Below, piece by piece: positions 1 to 7,997 of a DNA stretch of 20,000 nucleotides. This DNA comes from an uncultured virus (IMG/VR IMGVR_UViG_3300014826_000102) (taxonomy: Duplodnaviria > Heunggongvirae > Uroviricota > Caudoviricetes). The stretch lies in IMG/VR virus record IMGVR_UViG_3300014826_000102; one strand, given 5' to 3'. Position 1 is the stretch's first letter. Each line of letters starts with the position of its first letter. Below the pieces are notes generated by a model that saw nothing but the letters and a program-made list of their open reading frames with translations, was not told the DNA's origin and did not search any database. The translations under genes and the position numbers were made by a program.

Positions 1-1
1 A

Positions 2-1123
2 GAGGCCGACACGATAGACAGCATAGACGATTTGGGTAATAATTGCTACGGCTTGCACCTACATTCAAAGTGGGAGGGCTATTTTACCGCCCAAGCCGTC
101 GGCAACGTCTTAAAGGGAATCGTAAACAATTTGGGCGCAGTCGCTTTAGGCTATGCCAACCCAGGCACTAACGCAGCCCTCTATACAAGTTGGATGAGGG
201 TAAACAGCGTAAACCCGGCTAACAACTATATCGAAGTTACCCTGTACCCCGACGAAGATACACCCGCGGGGCAGAATTTCCCGCCATGCGAACTGATGAA
301 AATTGCCCGTTGGGGTAATCAGACAGACACAAGCCGGCAAAGTTGCATCTATCTATCAAGTACAGAGGGCCGGATAGTCAAACTTACGGGCGTTACAAAG
401 CCGATTATCGACGCTACCAATTACGGCGCAACCTTTGGCAGCTTACCCGACTTTGTTAAAGAAATAGTAGACGATGAGGGCAACCCGTTACCCTTTCGTG
501 AGGGGTTGGACTATATGTATATCCCCGGCATTGTCACGATGGATATTATACGCCTCAACAAGTGGACGGGTAAGCCTGTATGCGAGTATGTAGACCGGGG
601 CCAATGGGTAGAGGGTGAAAACTACTACTTTGAGGTACTTAACCCAGATACGCAAAGTTACGAAATATCCGACGTTTGGTATTACGGTTGCAAGTGGCGT
701 TGCTGCAAGAATCTGACTAAGACCGCCCCGGCATGGAATAACACCGATTGGGCCATGATTGAGGGCAACCCCGCTTTCACGGTGGAGTTTAACGACACTG
801 ACATACTTTTCGACCCTGACCGTTTCGACCTGACTTTGCGCATAATAGCCAAAATCTACAATCAGGACGTGACAGATGATATTTTGCCCGCTGATGTGAT
901 TTGGACGCGGTATAGTGAAGATGCTAACGGCGTTGAAAGAGTGGCGAGCGATAACGCATGGGCTATCAGGCGAGGCGGGGCCGGTAAGTCGATACACCTT
1001 ACCCGCGACGATATAGACTTTAGCGGCTATGTGCCTAAAGTGGTACGTTTCACAGCCACGGTAACGCTACGTGACGGTGAGGGCAACGAGGCCGCAGCCG
1101 ACAAAGCAGTATTTGAGTATTAA
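2..1123 (+). CDS. Phage tail/virion structural protein, 5'-truncated by window edge
   Basis: Frame is open from base 2 (EADTIDSIDDLG...), so the TTG at 32 is probably internal. Contains a Trp/Cys-rich module (DRGQW...DVWYYGCKWRC...PAWNNTDW) of the kind seen in Bacteroidales phage tail proteins. Confidence 0.7.
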   Translation, partial: EADTIDSIDDLGNNCYGLHLHSKWEGYFTAQAVGNVLKGIVNNLGAVALGYANPGTNAALYTSWMRVNSVNPANNYIEVTLYPDEDTPAGQNFPPCELMKIARWGNQTDTSRQSCIYLSSTEGRIVKLTGVTKPIIDATNYGATFGSLPDFVKEIVDDEGNPLPFREGLDYMYIPGIVTMDIIRLNKWTGKPVCEYVDRGQWVEGENYYFEVLNPDTQSYEISDVWYYGCKWRCCKNLTKTAPAWNNTDWAMIEGNPAFTVEFNDTDILFDPDRFDLTLRIIAKIYNQDVTDDILPADVIWTRYSEDANGVERVASDNAWAIRRGGAGKSIHLTRDDIDFSGYVPKVVRFTATVTLRDGEGNEAAADKAVFEY

Positions 1124-1143
1124 CGACATAAAACAAAGGCAAT

Positions 1144-2304
1144 ATGAAAGTAAAGAGATTTGATTTTAACTTTAAGCCCTTGCAGTTGCATATCAGTTTG
1201 GCAGCTGATGGCAGCGTACCCGACAGGCAAAACTACGATGCCGATACGGATACCTACACCCCGGACTATACGCTTACGCCCCTGATTATCCAACCCGCTA
1301 TTAGCCGCATGGATAAAGACGAAGTGCTACAGCCCGGGCGGGTTAATCATCTTTTGGCTAATATTAAATGGTACGAGATTATAGCAGGTACACGTACTTT
1401 GATTGAGGCCGCTAACACTAACTACGAGGTAGTAACGAGTGGCGAGAACGCCGGACGTATCAAAGTGAAGAAAAACGCCCAGCCTCAACTACCTATTACG
1501 TTGGAGTTTAACGCGGATTATACCGACACGCGCACAAATCAGATTAGCAGCATTAAACAAACCTATCTGATACCGTGCGACAACTCTACTACCTTTTTGC
1601 CGCTGTTGGTTTTGGACGCAGCCGACCAAACCGTTTACGATCCGTTGACCGACCTTGCTACACAGACGGTACACGCGAGTTTAAGGTTAGGTGAAAACGA
1701 GTGCGAAACAGCCAAACGCGCGTTTGTGTGGGAAAAGTTCAGAGAAGATAACACCTGGACAGCGGTAGGAACTGACACCACGTTAGACTATGACGTTACC
1801 GTAGCAGCCGACGGCGCAAGCGTTGTAGTTGACCGCAGTCTTATGGGTAATGAGTTGTATCTACGTTGCAGGGCTAAGTACGATCCAAACGGCAACCCCG
1901 GAGGCGTAACACTGACAGATGCAAGCCCGGCAAAGATTATTTCCTTTGTGCGTAGAATCCCGAAATTTGAGTTTGATATTTTGGGTGTACCTACGAACAT
2001 ACCCGCCGGGCTTTTGGCCATTGCGCCGGAGGCAGCTATTTGGAACACCAAAGGCCCTATAGCGAATCCCGAAAGAGAACTTTTGCCCATCTGGTACGTA
2101 GCACCGAACAAAGCGAGCGGCAGTTTGTCTTACTCACAGATAGGCCACGGCGTTACGCCTACGCTACCAACAAAAGCCATGACCGATTTATTAGGCGGCG
2201 TTTACGGATTGGACGTAAAGGATTGTGGCCCCACTTGCGCGTGGGAAGATAGCGACGGCAAGGTATTCGAGGACAGCGACGGCGCAGTATTATTGATTAA
2301 GTAA
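1144..2304 (+). CDS. Putative phage structural (tail) protein, 386 aa, beta-rich
   Basis: Long ORF with AT-rich leader, located in the structural operon. Function inferred from context. Confidence 0.65.
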   Translation: MKVKRFDFNFKPLQLHISLAADGSVPDRQNYDADTDTYTPDYTLTPLIIQPAISRMDKDEVLQPGRVNHLLANIKWYEIIAGTRTLIEAANTNYEVVTSGENAGRIKVKKNAQPQLPITLEFNADYTDTRTNQISSIKQTYLIPCDNSTTFLPLLVLDAADQTVYDPLTDLATQTVHASLRLGENECETAKRAFVWEKFREDNTWTAVGTDTTLDYDVTVAADGASVVVDRSLMGNELYLRCRAKYDPNGNPGGVTLTDASPAKIISFVRRIPKFEFDILGVPTNIPAGLLAIAPEAAIWNTKGPIANPERELLPIWYVAPNKASGSLSYSQIGHGVTPTLPTKAMTDLLGGVYGLDVKDCGPTCAWEDSDGKVFEDSDGAVLLIK

Positions 2305-2334
2305 CTATTTTGACAATATTTAAATTTTCTAATT

Positions 2335-2829
2335 ATGGCACGTTACATTAAAGCAAATCCTAAAGTCGCTAAGTTCCTGAATCTGGAAAGCGACAGAAAC
2401 ACCGTTAAAGACGGCAACTATTTACTTTGGCAAGCCGATATGTTGGCCTTTGGCCCTCTTACGCAGTTGGCTGATACCTTGCAGCAGATTGGCGGCATTG
2501 CTCTTTTGCCGCATGAGGCCCGCGAAGAGCAGGACGGTACGGTTACGCGACCATTGCCCCAGGCAACCGATCCGCGTTTTATCGTAGAGCCTGAAACCGA
2601 AGTACCCGGAGAGGAAAACAACCCGACAGGCAGCGAGGCTAACGCCGGGGAATCCGAGACAGACAGCCAACAGACCGAGGGTGGCGACGCAACCGAAACG
2701 CCAACAGACGAAAGCAGCGAGACCCTTGCAGAGGAAACCACGCAGTCTAACGACGAGGTGGAGAGCATCGACAGCGGCGACGTTGGCAGCGTAGATGAAG
2801 TGTTGAACGTAAACGATAAGGAGGAATAA
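2335..2829 (+). CDS. Phage hypothetical protein with acidic low-complexity C-terminal half
   Basis: ATG after an AT-rich leader. N-terminal ~85 aa look globular; the tail is E/T/D/S-rich. Stop codon lies 3 nt before the next start. Confidence 0.75.
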   Translation: MARYIKANPKVAKFLNLESDRNTVKDGNYLLWQADMLAFGPLTQLADTLQQIGGIALLPHEAREEQDGTVTRPLPQATDPRFIVEPETEVPGEENNPTGSEANAGESETDSQQTEGGDATETPTDESSETLAEETTQSNDEVESIDSGDVGSVDEVLNVNDKEE

Positions 2830-2832
2830 ACC

Positions 2833-3882
2833 ATGAGCGTAGCAAGTACAACCCGAACTATTAAGTTTATCAGCAAGGCCGGTACTTATACCGCCGTTAT
2901 TGTGTGTCCCGATGGCGACCTGTACCAAGAATGGGAGGGTACGTTAGCAGACATTACTAACATTTTCCCGAACTTTGAGCAGACAAAGCCAGTTTTGTAC
3001 TTTATTTGTATGTCAAGCCGCGTAGCCGAGGGCGTAGCAACCCCGGACGGAATAGACTACTATTTCAATGGTACGAAAATCACGTTTAGCGGCGACACGT
3101 CAAGCGGTACGTTTGCCGGGCTGTTTAAAAAAGTGGCCCCGTCAGGCGATAACCTATACTACGGTTTGCAGATTGTCAAGAACATAGCAGCCGCCGCAGG
3201 GTACGCCCCCGCTGTTATTAAGATGGTGGCTACCGTCTCTTATGGTACGCAGAGCGACCAGATTACGGCATCTTATACTATCCCCATTCAGCAGGCAACG
3301 GGCAGCAGTTACCGCGTAACGATAGCCGCCGGAGATAACAAAAACTTTGTCATTACTGAAAAGGGCGGCAGTTGCATATTAAAGGCTATGGCCTATCAGT
3401 CCGGGCAACCGTTGACAGCCGATTTAACCTACCAATGGGAAAAGATGGGTGTAAGCGGATGGGAAACGCTTTCGGGCAAGACAGCGCAGACCCTGACCGT
3501 AGCCGACAGCGATATAACGACCTACGGCGAATATCGCGTTACCGTATTCCGAGGCGGCGCAGAGATTGGCAAGGACATTCAGGGCGTTATGGACGCTTCC
3601 GACCCATTCGACATAGACCCGCATCCCGACCCCGAAGATGAGGCGATAACAGAAGATACGAGCGGTAACGGTCAAGTAACCTATACCCCGGTAGTAGTAA
3701 AGCGAGGCACTAACACCAAAGCGTTAGACACGACTTTCTACTTTGTGGTTAAGGACGCGGCGGGCGTTTACCTGAATAGCCAGGCAGACCGCACGACCCC
3801 GGCGGCATCGTACAGCGTAACGCGGGCGCATTGTCAACAGGCGGGTGGCGACGTATCAGTAACAATAACCGCGAAAGACTAA
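2833..3882 (+). CDS. Putative phage tail protein with Ig-like segments, 349 aa
   Basis: Beta-rich; contains an Ig-like pattern (LTYQWEK...QTLTV...GEYRVTV). Operonic spacing. Confidence 0.65.
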   Translation: MSVASTTRTIKFISKAGTYTAVIVCPDGDLYQEWEGTLADITNIFPNFEQTKPVLYFICMSSRVAEGVATPDGIDYYFNGTKITFSGDTSSGTFAGLFKKVAPSGDNLYYGLQIVKNIAAAAGYAPAVIKMVATVSYGTQSDQITASYTIPIQQATGSSYRVTIAAGDNKNFVITEKGGSCILKAMAYQSGQPLTADLTYQWEKMGVSGWETLSGKTAQTLTVADSDITTYGEYRVTVFRGGAEIGKDIQGVMDASDPFDIDPHPDPEDEAITEDTSGNGQVTYTPVVVKRGTNTKALDTTFYFVVKDAAGVYLNSQADRTTPAASYSVTRAHCQQAGGDVSVTITAKD

Positions 3883-3888
3883 GAGCGT

Positions 3889-4965
3889 ATGAGCGACAAA
3901 AGGCCAAGCGTAACAAGAGTAGTTAAGTATATCCGCAAAGGGGAAAAGGGCGAACAAGGCCCCGCACTACGGGGCCCGCAAGCGTGGAATGATTGCGCCG
4001 TAGGCTACAAATTCCAAGCGGGCGGCGAGGGTGACGATTTCAAAGATGTTGTGCTATACAATGGGAATTGCTATAGTTGCATAAAGAGTCATACTAAAAC
4101 AGCAAGTAATTACCCAACAAGTACAACCGACACAAATAGCGGTTTATGGAAATTGGGCGATAAAATAGAATTGGTAGCCGCGAATATACTATTAGCCACC
4201 TATTCACTGATTAAGAACTTAGGTGCGGAGGCTATAGAAATGAAAGACAGCAGCGGCAACGTTGTTTTCTACGCTAAAGACGGTACTTTGACCTGTAAGA
4301 CGGGCACGTTTGAAAACGTAACAATATCAGGCGTTTTGAAAGGCGTAACAGGCAGCTTTAAGTCTCTTAATTGCGTCAATGACAGCGGAACGGTAGTAGC
4401 GAGTATTAGGTTTGGCAGTGATGGCCGTCTTTGGTTTGAATCCGGCGATTTGTATAATCAGGGCACAAAGGACGGGCGAACCTTACGTTTCTACAGCGGC
4501 GATATTTGGTGCAGGGGCGCGTTTGGCGCACGTCAGCGTACAATACTACTTGTTTACGGCAGTTACGGTTACTACTACACTAAAGGCACGGGCAAAGCAG
4601 GGCAGCGCGTCAGTTTCGCGTCGGCAACATCTTCAGGAGGTCAGACCTACTACGAGATTAAATGCTACGGCGACAACGGCGACTATAGCGGCTACCCGGT
4701 AGATGAAATCGTATTTAAGATAACATCCGACACGTACCGCTATTTGCTTAATATGGCCGACACACAGCGCGTTTTGCTCATTAACGCCAACGACCTCCAC
4801 AACGACGTTTATATTTACGTCAACGGCAACCAAGAGCAATGGCGCGGCGGTGTCGTTGGGGAAATCATAAAATTGCCAACGGACTTTATGAATCCCGAAC
4901 CGGGCACAAGTGCTTTAGGTAGGGGATTAGTTGTAGGCCCGAAGAGGGACAACGATTGGAGTTAA
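3889..4965 (+). CDS. Putative tail fibre / receptor-binding protein, 358 aa
   Basis: Short collagen-like GEKGEQGP, a small carbohydrate-binding-like module (DVVLYNGNCYSCIKSHT...W), and a G/S/T-rich beta C-terminus. Lies near the end of the tail operon. Confidence 0.6.
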   Translation: MSDKRPSVTRVVKYIRKGEKGEQGPALRGPQAWNDCAVGYKFQAGGEGDDFKDVVLYNGNCYSCIKSHTKTASNYPTSTTDTNSGLWKLGDKIELVAANILLATYSLIKNLGAEAIEMKDSSGNVVFYAKDGTLTCKTGTFENVTISGVLKGVTGSFKSLNCVNDSGTVVASIRFGSDGRLWFESGDLYNQGTKDGRTLRFYSGDIWCRGAFGARQRTILLVYGSYGYYYTKGTGKAGQRVSFASATSSGGQTYYEIKCYGDNGDYSGYPVDEIVFKITSDTYRYLLNMADTQRVLLINANDLHNDVYIYVNGNQEQWRGGVVGEIIKLPTDFMNPEPGTSALGRGLVVGPKRDNDWS

Positions 4966-4978
4966 AATTTAGCAGAAT

Positions 4979-5323
4979 ATGAAAGCGAAAGTAGTATTTA
5001 ACGACATTATCCCGTTTCGTGGATTTTTGGCTATGTGCTTATGGCCGTTTATCTTTGTGCGCAACAGCGCAGCAAGCCACTATAGCACGGTGGCAAACAA
5101 CCATAAGCAGATACACGCCCGGCAACAAAAGGAAATGCTTATTTTGCCTTTCCTGATTTGGTACGGCATTGAATGGCTTTGCCGTTTGGTGCAGTACCGC
5201 AATAGCAATAAGGCGTACCGTAACATTTCCTTTGAACGTGAGGCATACGCCAACGAAAGGGATTTGGCCTATTTAGGTAGTCGTAAACCTTACGCATGGA
5301 CTAAGTATTTACGCATTAAATAA
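4979..5323 (+). CDS. Small membrane-associated protein with a zincin-like motif (HExxH appears as HKQIH)
   Basis: NHKQIHARQQKEM, a hydrophobic stretch, then AYRNISFEREAY. This resembles a small-protein family recalled from Bacteroidota phages. Confidence 0.7.
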   Translation: MKAKVVFNDIIPFRGFLAMCLWPFIFVRNSAASHYSTVANNHKQIHARQQKEMLILPFLIWYGIEWLCRLVQYRNSNKAYRNISFEREAYANERDLAYLGSRKPYAWTKYLRIK

Positions 5324-5343
5324 CCCATTAAATTTTTAGCATT

Positions 5344-6105
5344 ATGGCAGTAAAACAAACAAAGAAATTGAGTGCAGCAACCCCGGTAACAACCGTAAAT
5401 AGCACCGACAAAATTTTGATGACCGACGCAAACGGCAAGTTGACACCTATTAGCCTCGCTAACCTGAAAGCAGCTTTGAACGGTGGCGTAGACCAAAACG
5501 TGCAGATGGACGGTGTGTTTATTATGACCCACCGTAAGAGCGACGATTTCCCGATTATGTATAAGCCCCATAAGTGGACGGCGCAGCAGTCAGCGGGTGA
5601 GGTGGCCGACGGCGTAGTGATCGTAGAGGGCGGCAAAATCTTAGTTGTGGCCCCGACCGATGAGGCTATGACCTGGAGCCGCGCAGCCGTAAGCGGAGGC
5701 GGTACTACTACGTCAGACCGCGTTACGGCTATGAACGATTGGAACGGCAAGACCAACACAGCCGCACAGATTACACACACGGAATGTAGTAGCAACGCCT
5801 ACGCCCCCGGCTTCTGCCACCAATACAGCCGCGTAAACGCTAACGGTAAGGGCCTGACAGCAGGTAAGTGGTGGCTACCGTCATTGGGCGAAATGATGAT
5901 GATTTACGCCAACATGACTAAGATTAACTATGCGCTATCGCTGATTTCAGGCGCAACGCAACTACAGGAAACCGCCTATTGGACTTCTACCGAGTACAGC
6001 GCGCCCAGCGCCTGGCTTCTGAACCTCAGCAGCGGCAACGCCAGCTACAACACTAAGGCATCGAGCACGTATCGAGTTCGGCCCGTCTCAGCATTTATTG
6101 CTTAA
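5344..6105 (+). CDS. DGR target protein (DUF1566/Lcl-like C-terminal C-type lectin fold; probable adhesin or tail tip)
   Basis: Contains WWLPSLGEM and the C-terminal YWTSTEYSAPSAWLLNLSSGNASYNTKASSTYRVRPVSAF, the typical CLec variable region of Bacteroidales phage DGR targets. Followed by a GAAA hairpin and an Avd-like gene. Confidence 0.85.
   Translation: MAVKQTKKLSAATPVTTVNSTDKILMTDANGKLTPISLANLKAALNGGVDQNVQMDGVFIMTHRKSDDFPIMYKPHKWTAQQSAGEVADGVVIVEGGKILVVAPTDEAMTWSRAAVSGGGTTTSDRVTAMNDWNGKTNTAAQITHTECSSNAYAPGFCHQYSRVNANGKGLTAGKWWLPSLGEMMMIYANMTKINYALSLISGATQLQETAYWTSTEYSAPSAWLLNLSSGNASYNTKASSTYRVRPVSAFIA
5971..6096 (+). repeat. DGR variable repeat (VR); cognate template repeat not found in window
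   Basis: Conserved scaffold codons are interspersed with NNC/NNT codons (TAC, CCC, AGC, CTT, AAC, AGC, AGC, AAC, GCC, AGC, TAC, AAC, AGC, TAT), as expected from A-to-N mutagenesis of AAY codons. Confidence 0.75.
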
Positions 6106-6136
6106 TCTTTAGTTCTTACTCTTTAATCTTTAGTTC
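6102..6136 (+). repeat. 14-bp direct repeat TTAATCTTTAGTTC x2 just downstream of the VR
   Basis: Exact copies at 6102-6115 and 6123-6136. Confidence 0.85.
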
Positions 6137-6154
6137 CCGGCGAAAGCCGGGAAC
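6133..6154 (+). promoter_or_regulatory. DGR target-recognition hairpin/cruciform (9-bp stem, GAAA loop)
   Basis: GTTCCCGGC-GAAA-GCCGGGAAC, a perfect inverted repeat ~30 nt after the target stop, with no U-tract. Matches the GC-rich stem and GAAA loop of the Bordetella BPP-1 DGR hairpin. Confidence 0.75.
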
Positions 6155-6175
6155 ATTACAACGAAACTTGCAAGC

Positions 6176-6310
6176 ATGGCAGACAAACCTATAAAGTTAG
6201 TATCTAACACGCAACTATACTTAGATTGCGAAGCGTTGTTAATCGAGATTTTGGACGTTACGCCCAATTTCCCGCGAGACTATAAGTTTACCATTGGCGC
6301 AGATATGTAG
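6176..6310 (+). pseudogene. avd: Truncated Avd-like (accessory variability determinant, four-helix bundle) gene
   Basis: Translates as MADKPIKLVSNTQLYLDCEALLIEILDVTPNFPRDYKFTIGADM*. The LY...FPRxxKFTIG pattern is the N-terminal Avd motif. It stops at 44 aa versus ~120-130 aa for intact Avd. Not in the ORF track. Confidence 0.75.
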
Positions 6311-6368
6311 TGTTAATCAGTCAGCGCAATAACGACATAGTGATAGAACTTTATAAAAAGTAATTGGT

Positions 6369-6752
6369 ATGGACTACGCAGGTATTATTGAAATTACAGC
6401 ATCAATGGGCGCAGCTATCGGAGGTTGGGAGTTTATTAAGTATATGCTTAATATACGTACCAATAAGCGTAAGGAGAGATCGGAGGCAGACAAAGCCAAA
6501 GCCGAAGCCGACAAAGCAGAGGCAGAGGCCAATAGCGCGGATTTTTCCGTATTACGGGAAACGGTAGAATTTTTGCAACAGCAGCTAAAGGAAAAAGAGG
6601 AACGTTTTGCAAGCCAGACAGACCGTTTGCGCAAGGTGCAGGATGATTACTTTACCCTACTGCAAGAAAAGGCTAAAGCCGACCTGGAACTACAGCGTTT
6701 TCGATGCGTGCGCCCGAAGTGCGCACAAAGAGAACCCCAAAACGGCTATTAA
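6369..6752 (+). CDS. Putative holin-like protein (N-terminal TM plus coiled coil)
   Basis: Hydrophobic N-terminus (IIEITASMGAAIGGWEFIKYML) and a charged coiled coil. Directly upstream of the endolysin. Confidence 0.6.
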   Translation: MDYAGIIEITASMGAAIGGWEFIKYMLNIRTNKRKERSEADKAKAEADKAEAEANSADFSVLRETVEFLQQQLKEKEERFASQTDRLRKVQDDYFTLLQEKAKADLELQRFRCVRPKCAQREPQNGY

Positions 6753-6783
6753 CTAAAAATATAAATCCTTAAAACTAAAAGAA

Positions 6784-7362
6784 ATGGCAAACGTAGAGAA
6801 AATCGTACCGTTTATCCTAAAATGGGAAACAAGTACAACAGGCGTTGGAATGACTAACGAGCAGCTATTTGAGAAAGCCCGTAAGAAAGGTTTTGCAAAC
6901 GATCCGCACGATTTGGGCGGTGCTACGATGTGTGGTGTGACTATCGCCACCTATACAGAGTATCGCAGACGTAAGGGATTACCAAAGCCGACGGTAGAGC
7001 AATTAAAGGCTATACCCTACAAAGAATGGCTTGAAATCCTAAAGGCTATGTTTTGGGATCGTTGGAAAGCAGACCAAATCAGAAATCAGTCTATAGCTAA
7101 TTTCCTGGTTGATTGGGTATGGGCAAGCGGTAACTACGGAATCAAGTTACCACAGAAGATATTGGGCGTTACTATAGACGGCGTAGTAGGCCCTAAGACG
7201 ATTGCAGCCGTTAACGCCAAAGACCCTGATACGCTGTTTTATCAGCTTATACAGGAGCGTATAGACTTTACGGATAGAATCTGTAAGAGCAGGCCACAGA
7301 ACAAACGTTTTTACACGGGTTGGATTAATCGTATTATTGACCTTAAATATTCGAGAGTATGA
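6784..7362 (+). CDS. Endolysin, glycoside hydrolase family 108 with C-terminal peptidoglycan-binding domain
   Basis: ILKWE...GFANDPHDLGGATMCGVT, FWD, DWVWASG, DGVVGPKT and FYTGWINR motifs. Confidence 0.88.
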   Translation: MANVEKIVPFILKWETSTTGVGMTNEQLFEKARKKGFANDPHDLGGATMCGVTIATYTEYRRRKGLPKPTVEQLKAIPYKEWLEILKAMFWDRWKADQIRNQSIANFLVDWVWASGNYGIKLPQKILGVTIDGVVGPKTIAAVNAKDPDTLFYQLIQERIDFTDRICKSRPQNKRFYTGWINRIIDLKYSRV

Positions 7363-7913
7363 ACGATAGAAGATGTTTTAAAAGACAGCTAAACACGCTG
7401 TTAGTGATTATTACTTTGGCGGCTACTGCCTGGCTTGTATGTGGGTGCAGATCACACAAGACGGTTATAGACGAAAGCCACAATACGGCTTTTGTAGATA
7501 CTACTAAGGTTGAGGCCGACAGCACAAGCCAAAGCCACCAGGTAACAGATACCACAAAGACCGGGACACAAACCGAGCAAAGCGCATCTATTGAGTTTGT
7601 GGACGGAGGCGGTACGGTTACTATTGACAGCACGGGTAATGTAACGCTATCCGGCGTTAAGTCCATCAAGGGTAATTTTAAGCGGAAAGCCAAAGAGGAA
7701 AAAGGCATTACCCAGGTTGATGAATCTGTTAGTACCCATGATAGCAAGCACGGTGGTATCGGCTTAATTGAATCAGAGAGCAGGCACGAAACTAAGGAAT
7801 CTAAGGCAGAGACCCCCAAATGGTATCAGACTATCTTAGCTAAGATCGGAGGGCTTTTCTGTATAGCAGCTTTGATCTATGCAATATTCCTGTACTTGAA
7901 AAGAAAATTTTAA
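7359..7913 (+). CDS. Lipoprotein with C-terminal TM; putative unimolecular spanin
   Basis: Signal peptide with lipobox-like LVCGC, a T/S-rich periplasmic region, and C-terminal TM IGGLFCIAALIYAIFLYL-KRK. Overlaps the endolysin stop (ATGA). Confidence 0.65.
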   Translation: MNDRRCFKRQLNTLLVIITLAATAWLVCGCRSHKTVIDESHNTAFVDTTKVEADSTSQSHQVTDTTKTGTQTEQSASIEFVDGGGTVTIDSTGNVTLSGVKSIKGNFKRKAKEEKGITQVDESVSTHDSKHGGIGLIESESRHETKESKAETPKWYQTILAKIGGLFCIAALIYAIFLYLKRKF

Positions 7914-7941
7914 AAACAAACGTTTTTCGTATATAGTGCTT

Positions 7942-7982
7942 TGCCCGCGTCAGTCCGAGAGGGATAGACGCGGGTACTTTTA
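7942..7982 (+). terminator. Intrinsic terminator between the lysis cassette and the convergent integrase
   Basis: CCCGCGTC...GACGCGGG outer stem with an inner GAGA-loop hairpin, followed by CTTTT. Confidence 0.7.
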
Positions 7983-7997
7983 TAGAGTTGTTTTTAC

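Noticed and set aside
3889..4965. Invertible tail-fibre shufflon
   Set aside because: No inverted crossover repeats or alternative C-terminal cassettes seen nearby.
6133..6154. Hairpin as an intrinsic terminator
   Set aside because: No U-tract follows it, and its position and GAAA loop fit the DGR cis hairpin better.
6490..6530. GACAAAGC repeats in the holin-like gene
   Set aside because: Explained by the coding repeat EADKAKAEADKAEAEA in a coiled coil.
146..7819. Minus-strand and alternate-frame ORFs within the left structural and lysis operon
   Set aside because: They overlap well-supported + strand genes and lack protein-like features.
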